The notes under the pieces were generated by a model, which ran no database searches, had not been told where the DNA came from, and was given only the letters and a program-made list of their open reading frames with translations. Of a DNA stretch of 64,000 nt, positions 60,430-64,000 are shown one piece after another. A program made the position numbers and the translations under genes. Each line of letters begins with the position of its first letter. Positions within the stretch are counted from its first letter, which is position 1. The stretch is from an uncultured Chloroflexia bacterium. Its GTDB lineage: Bacteria > Chloroflexota > Anaerolineae > CG2-30-64-16. Where the stretch lies: positions 1 to 64,000 of the forward strand of contig CAWEMM010000010.1 of assembly GCA_963810095.1 (NCBI GenBank). Reading direction: 5' to 3'.

Positions 60430-61854
60430 ATGCCAACGAAGATCATGATTGAGCCCGTAACCCGCATCGAGGGACACGCCAAGGTTGGCGTGTACCTGGA
60501 CGACCAGGGCCAGGTGGAAAAGGCGGTCTTCCACGTCAACGAGTTCCGCGGCTTCGAGAAGTTCTGCGAAGGCCGCATGTTCTTCGAGATGCCGCTCATC
60601 ACCGAGCGCATCTGCGGCATCTGCCCGGTGAGCCATCATCTGGCTAGTGCTAAGGCATGCGACCAGATTGTGGGCGCGGACGTGCCGCGGCCGGCCAGTC
60701 TGCTGCGCGAGCTGATGCACATGGGGCAGATCATCCAGTCTCACTCCATGCATGTGTTCGAACTGGGCGGGCCCGATCTGTTGCTGGGGTTTGACTGCGA
60801 CCCGAAGATCCGCAACGTTGTGGGGCTGTATGGCGCGAACCCCGAGCTGACCGTCAAGGCGATCGGCCTGCGCAAGTACGGCCAGGACATCATCGCGCGG
60901 CTGGGCGGCCGGCGCGTGCACCCGAACTTCGCGGTGCCGGGCGGCGTGAACCAGGCGCTGGCGGTGACCGACCGCGACGCGCTGCTGGGCGGGATCGATG
61001 GGACTATCGCGGACATCCGCCTGGGTCTTGGCATCATCAAGGGCTGGGTGGAGGCGAACTACGAGGATGTCGCCAAGTTCGGCGTCTTCTCCACCAACTA
61101 CCTCGGCATGGTCGACGAAAACAACGCGGTGCAGCTCTACGATGGCGACGTGCGTATCGTGGACAAGCAGCGGCAGTTCATCAACAAGTTCGACGGCCGC
61201 AAGTACCTCGACTACATCAGCGAGCGGGTGGAGAACTGGACGTACCTGAAGTTCCCGTACTACAAATCGCTGGGCTGGCCAGACGGCGTGTATCGCGTCG
61301 GGCCGCTGGGCCGGCTCAACGCGGCCGAACGCATGGCCACGCCGCTGGCGCAGGAAGAGTATGAAATCTTCCAGCAGGTGCGCGGGGGCCAGGTGCTCGA
61401 GGGAACTCTATACTACCACTACGCCCGCATGATTGAGGACTTGTACGCGGCCGAGCGGGCGAAGGAAATCCTGCTCGACCCGGATGTGCTCAGCACGGAC
61501 ATCCAAGATAACCGCCCGGTGACCAACGCCGAGGGCGTGGGCGTCATCGAAGCCCCGCGCGGCACGCTGTGGCATCACTACTGGGTCGACGAGAACGGTC
61601 AGCTCGAAAAGGTCAACCTGATCGTGGCAACGGGCAACAACAACTGGGCCATGAGCAAGGCGGTCGACTCGGTGGCGAAGACCTACGTGGACGGCAAGAA
61701 CGTCACGGAGGGCCAGCTCAACCGCATCGAAGCGGCCATCCGGGCCTATGACCCGTGCCTGTCGTGCTCCACGCATGCGCTCGGGCAGATGCCGCTCGAA
61801 GTCGTGGTGTATGACGACTCGGGAGACGAAGTCAACCGGGTCATGCGCGGATAA
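60430..61854 (+). CDS. hoxH: [NiFe]-hydrogenase large subunit, group 3d-like
   Basis: [15 protein letters not shown]1 [21 protein letters not shown]2 [10 protein letters not shown] followed by a cleavable ALGQMPL tail. Confidence 0.95.
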   Translation: MPTKIMIEPVTRIEGHAKVGVYLDDQGQVEKAVFHVNEFRGFEKFCEGRMFFEMPLITERICGICPVSHHLASAKACDQIVGADVPRPASLLRELMHMGQIIQSHSMHVFELGGPDLLLGFDCDPKIRNVVGLYGANPELTVKAIGLRKYGQDIIARLGGRRVHPNFAVPGGVNQALAVTDRDALLGGIDGTIADIRLGLGIIKGWVEANYEDVAKFGVFSTNYLGMVDENNAVQLYDGDVRIVDKQRQFINKFDGRKYLDYISERVENWTYLKFPYYKSLGWPDGVYRVGPLGRLNAAERMATPLAQEEYEIFQQVRGGQVLEGTLYYHYARMIEDLYAAERAKEILLDPDVLSTDIQDNRPVTNAEGVGVIEAPRGTLWHHYWVDENGQLEKVNLIVATGNNNWAMSKAVDSVAKTYVDGKNVTEGQLNRIEAAIRAYDPCLSCSTHALGQMPLEVVVYDDSGDEVNRVMRG

Positions 61855-61870
61855 GCTACGCTCCTACTGC

Positions 61871-61925
61871 AACATGGGCGCGACTGCGGCGGCCAGCGGC
61901 CGCCGCAGTCGCGCCCATGTTTGTT
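61871..61925 (+). terminator. 24-bp perfect hairpin closing the hydrogenase operon
   Basis: aacatgggcgcgactgcggcggcc-agc-ggccgccgcagtcgcgcccatgtt. Confidence 0.75.
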
Positions 61926-62073
61926 CCCCAAGCCCCCGCGCTCCCTCCGCGCGCCGGCCACGATCGCCCCTTGCGTTTAGACACTTTCGCCGTGCTGGTG
62001 TACGATCTGTTCAATCTGATTCTCGGTTGGTCAGTCTCTGCGCGCGTTCCGAGTAGTATGGAGGAACGGCCGG

Positions 62074-64000
62074 ATGCAGCTTCGCATCGGTCTCCGTTTC
62101 CTGCGCGCGCTGGGCGTTGTTCTGATCGCACTCCTCGTCGCTCTCCTGCAGGACAATCGCGCCGGCGTCCATGCCGCTTTGTCTCCGACCGCGTCATATT
62201 CGCAAGCCAACCTTATCTCCAATAGCCAATTCGTCTACGGTCCCGCCGCGCAGCGTTTCGATCTTGCAGGCTACCTGGCGCGCGCGGGCAGCCCGCTGGC
62301 CGCCGACGCCCCGACACTTGAAGCCTGGTGCGGCTACGCCAGCGTTAACCCGCAGGTCGTCCTCGTGCTCCTCGAACTTGACGGCCGGCAAGTGACGAAT
62401 GGCTGGCACGCCCCGCTGCCGGCCGGGCAACGCGATGCGGACATCGGCGCGCTCGTCGTGCAGCTGGCCGAGCGCTTCTATGCCCACTTATACCGGTATG
62501 GCGAGCGAGCCCCCTCCGGCATGGCCCGAACAGGCTCATCGGTCGCGCCGGCGGCTGCAGGCTTCGCCGGCGTCTCCTCGGGCACCTATGCGCTCGTCGC
62601 CTCGCTCGGCCAGACGCTCGCGCCCGCCGAGTTCGAGCGGGCTGTAGCTCCCACCGGTATGGGCAGCTTCGCCGCCACCTGGGCCCGGCTCTTTCCGGGC
62701 AGTGACCCACTGGACGCCAGCGTCTCGATCACGCCTGACGCTCTGCCCCCCGCTGACCTCTTCCAGTTCCCCTTCCCAATCGGCCAGACGTGGTGGTTCA
62801 ACGGCGCGCACAGCTGGAACGGCGGCGGACTGGCCCCACCCTACTCGTCCATGGACTTCTTTACCACGGCGGACAGCTGTGCCGCGCCGCCTGCCGGCGA
62901 CTGGGCCGTTGCCGCGGCCGGGGGCAGCGGCTATTATCCCAACACCGGCGCGCCGTGCTGGTACCGCATCGACCACGCGGGTGGATGGACGACCAGCTAT
63001 TACCACCTGCGTAACGTCGTTGGCAAAGGGCCGGCGGCGGCAAACGGGCGGATCGGGACGATTGGCTGCGAGACCTGCGTCGGGGGCTATGCAACGGGTC
63101 CGCATGTCCACTTTAGCCTGCTGTACAACGGCGCGTACGTCGGCCTGGAGGGGGTGAAGCTGTCCGGGTGGACGGTGCACACGGGGAGCGGGAACTACGA
63201 CAGCGGCTCGCTCGAGCGCGACGGAGTCATCTTGCGTCCCTATGCCTCCGTGCGCAACGATGGGATTCTGTCTGGGACGCCCACCCCGACGCTTACGCCG
63301 TCTCGCACCCCCACCGCGACCCCCACGCCTACGCGCGTCCCGTCTGCCACCCCGACGTCGCCCGCCGCGCCGGCCGCCCGCTACCTCTATCCGCCGGCGC
63401 AGGGCTTGCTCCGTGTCTGCCCCGTCACGCTCATCGCTCAGGCGGAGGGGACAGGCGGCGTGCGCGAGGTGAAGTTCCTGGCTCGCTGGGGCGGAGCGCT
63501 GCGCGAACTCGGGACAGATACCGACGGCACAGACGGCTGGAAGCTGACGTGGGACTGCCAGGATGCGCCAGACGGCGCCGCCACCCTCAGCCTCAGCGCA
63601 TGGGACATGAGTGGGCAAGAGGTTCTGGCGGACGCGGCCGCGACCGCCGTGACCATCAGCAAAGCATGCACGGAGGGGACTTACCGCACGGCGTTCTTCG
63701 CCAATCCCACGTTTTCCGGCTCGCCGGCGTCTTCCTGGTGCAAAGCGTCGAGCATCAGGTACAACTGGGGGACGGCTTCGCCCGGGGCCGGCATCCCTGG
63801 CGGTGACAACTTCTCGGCCCGCTTCCGGGGCAGCTTTCGCTTTGAGCCGGGACGATACCGTTTCAAGGGCGAGGTGAATGACGGGATAAGGGTTTGGATT
63901 GACCGGGTGCTTGCACTGGACGAATGGCACGACCACGCCGAGCCGGAGACTCTCCAGTTCGATAAGGACCTGAGCGCAGGATTGCACGAAGTGCGGGTGG
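62074..64000 (+). CDS. Secreted LasA/beta-lytic-like M23 metallopeptidase with Pro/Thr linker, Ig-like and PA14-like domains (runs off window)
   Basis: Read manually: GGAGG RBS, signal MQLRIGLRFLRALGVVLIALLV, prodomain FDLAGYL..WCGYASVNPQV, GAHSWN..SMDF, YYHL, GPHVHFSL, DNFSARFRG..DGIRVWID; absent from the ORF track because no stop is in the window. Confidence 0.85.
   Translation, partial: MQLRIGLRFLRALGVVLIALLVALLQDNRAGVHAALSPTASYSQANLISNSQFVYGPAAQRFDLAGYLARAGSPLAADAPTLEAWCGYASVNPQVVLVLLELDGRQVTNGWHAPLPAGQRDADIGALVVQLAERFYAHLYRYGERAPSGMARTGSSVAPAAAGFAGVSSGTYALVASLGQTLAPAEFERAVAPTGMGSFAATWARLFPGSDPLDASVSITPDALPPADLFQFPFPIGQTWWFNGAHSWNGGGLAPPYSSMDFFTTADSCAAPPAGDWAVAAAGGSGYYPNTGAPCWYRIDHAGGWTTSYYHLRNVVGKGPAAANGRIGTIGCETCVGGYATGPHVHFSLLYNGAYVGLEGVKLSGWTVHTGSGNYDSGSLERDGVILRPYASVRNDGILSGTPTPTLTPSRTPTATPTPTRVPSATPTSPAAPAARYLYPPAQGLLRVCPVTLIAQAEGTGGVREVKFLARWGGALRELGTDTDGTDGWKLTWDCQDAPDGAATLSLSAWDMSGQEVLADAAATAVTISKACTEGTYRTAFFANPTFSGSPASSWCKASSIRYNWGTASPGAGIPGGDNFSARFRGSFRFEPGRYRFKGEVNDGIRVWIDRVLALDEWHDHAEPETLQFDKDLSAGLHEVRV

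Noticed and set aside
62536-63987. 483-aa minus-strand ORF
   Set aside because: Shadow of the plus-strand M23 peptidase gene

Overview
High-GC chromosomal window, most likely from a Chloroflexota (Anaerolineae/Caldilineae-like) bacterium; the taxon is inferred from gene content only. It opens with a 5S rRNA, followed by housekeeping genes (CNNM/CorC, cdd, recO, MazG-like, fused glyQS). DNA-repair genes are dense: SbcC/Rad50, DnaQ-DinG, a DUF1998 helicase and a nurA-HAS barrel-herA-mre11 operon, three with candidate LexA boxes. The main system is a 12-gene locus at 50.2-61.9 kb. It encodes a group 3d-like [NiFe]-hydrogenase on a HydABC-type diaphorase whose NuoF/HydB subunit lacks the usual C-terminal 2x[4Fe-4S] domain and is fused to a GltD/NfnB-like FAD/NADP(H) module. 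A DRTGG / CBS-kinase / DRTGG / PHP cassette and Rex-like sites precede it. Other unusual items are a protoglobin fused to two Rieske domains, an orphan HybA/HybB pair with two stand-alone BTAD regulators, a PP2C-pseudophosphatase/beta-propeller membrane protein and two candidate structured RNAs. Several small palindromic repeat families are present, including six copies of a ~95-bp element with 9-nt periodic arms. About 14 apparent small indels break otherwise intact genes and are most likely sequencing or assembly errors. No CRISPR array, tRNA, transposase or integrase was seen.
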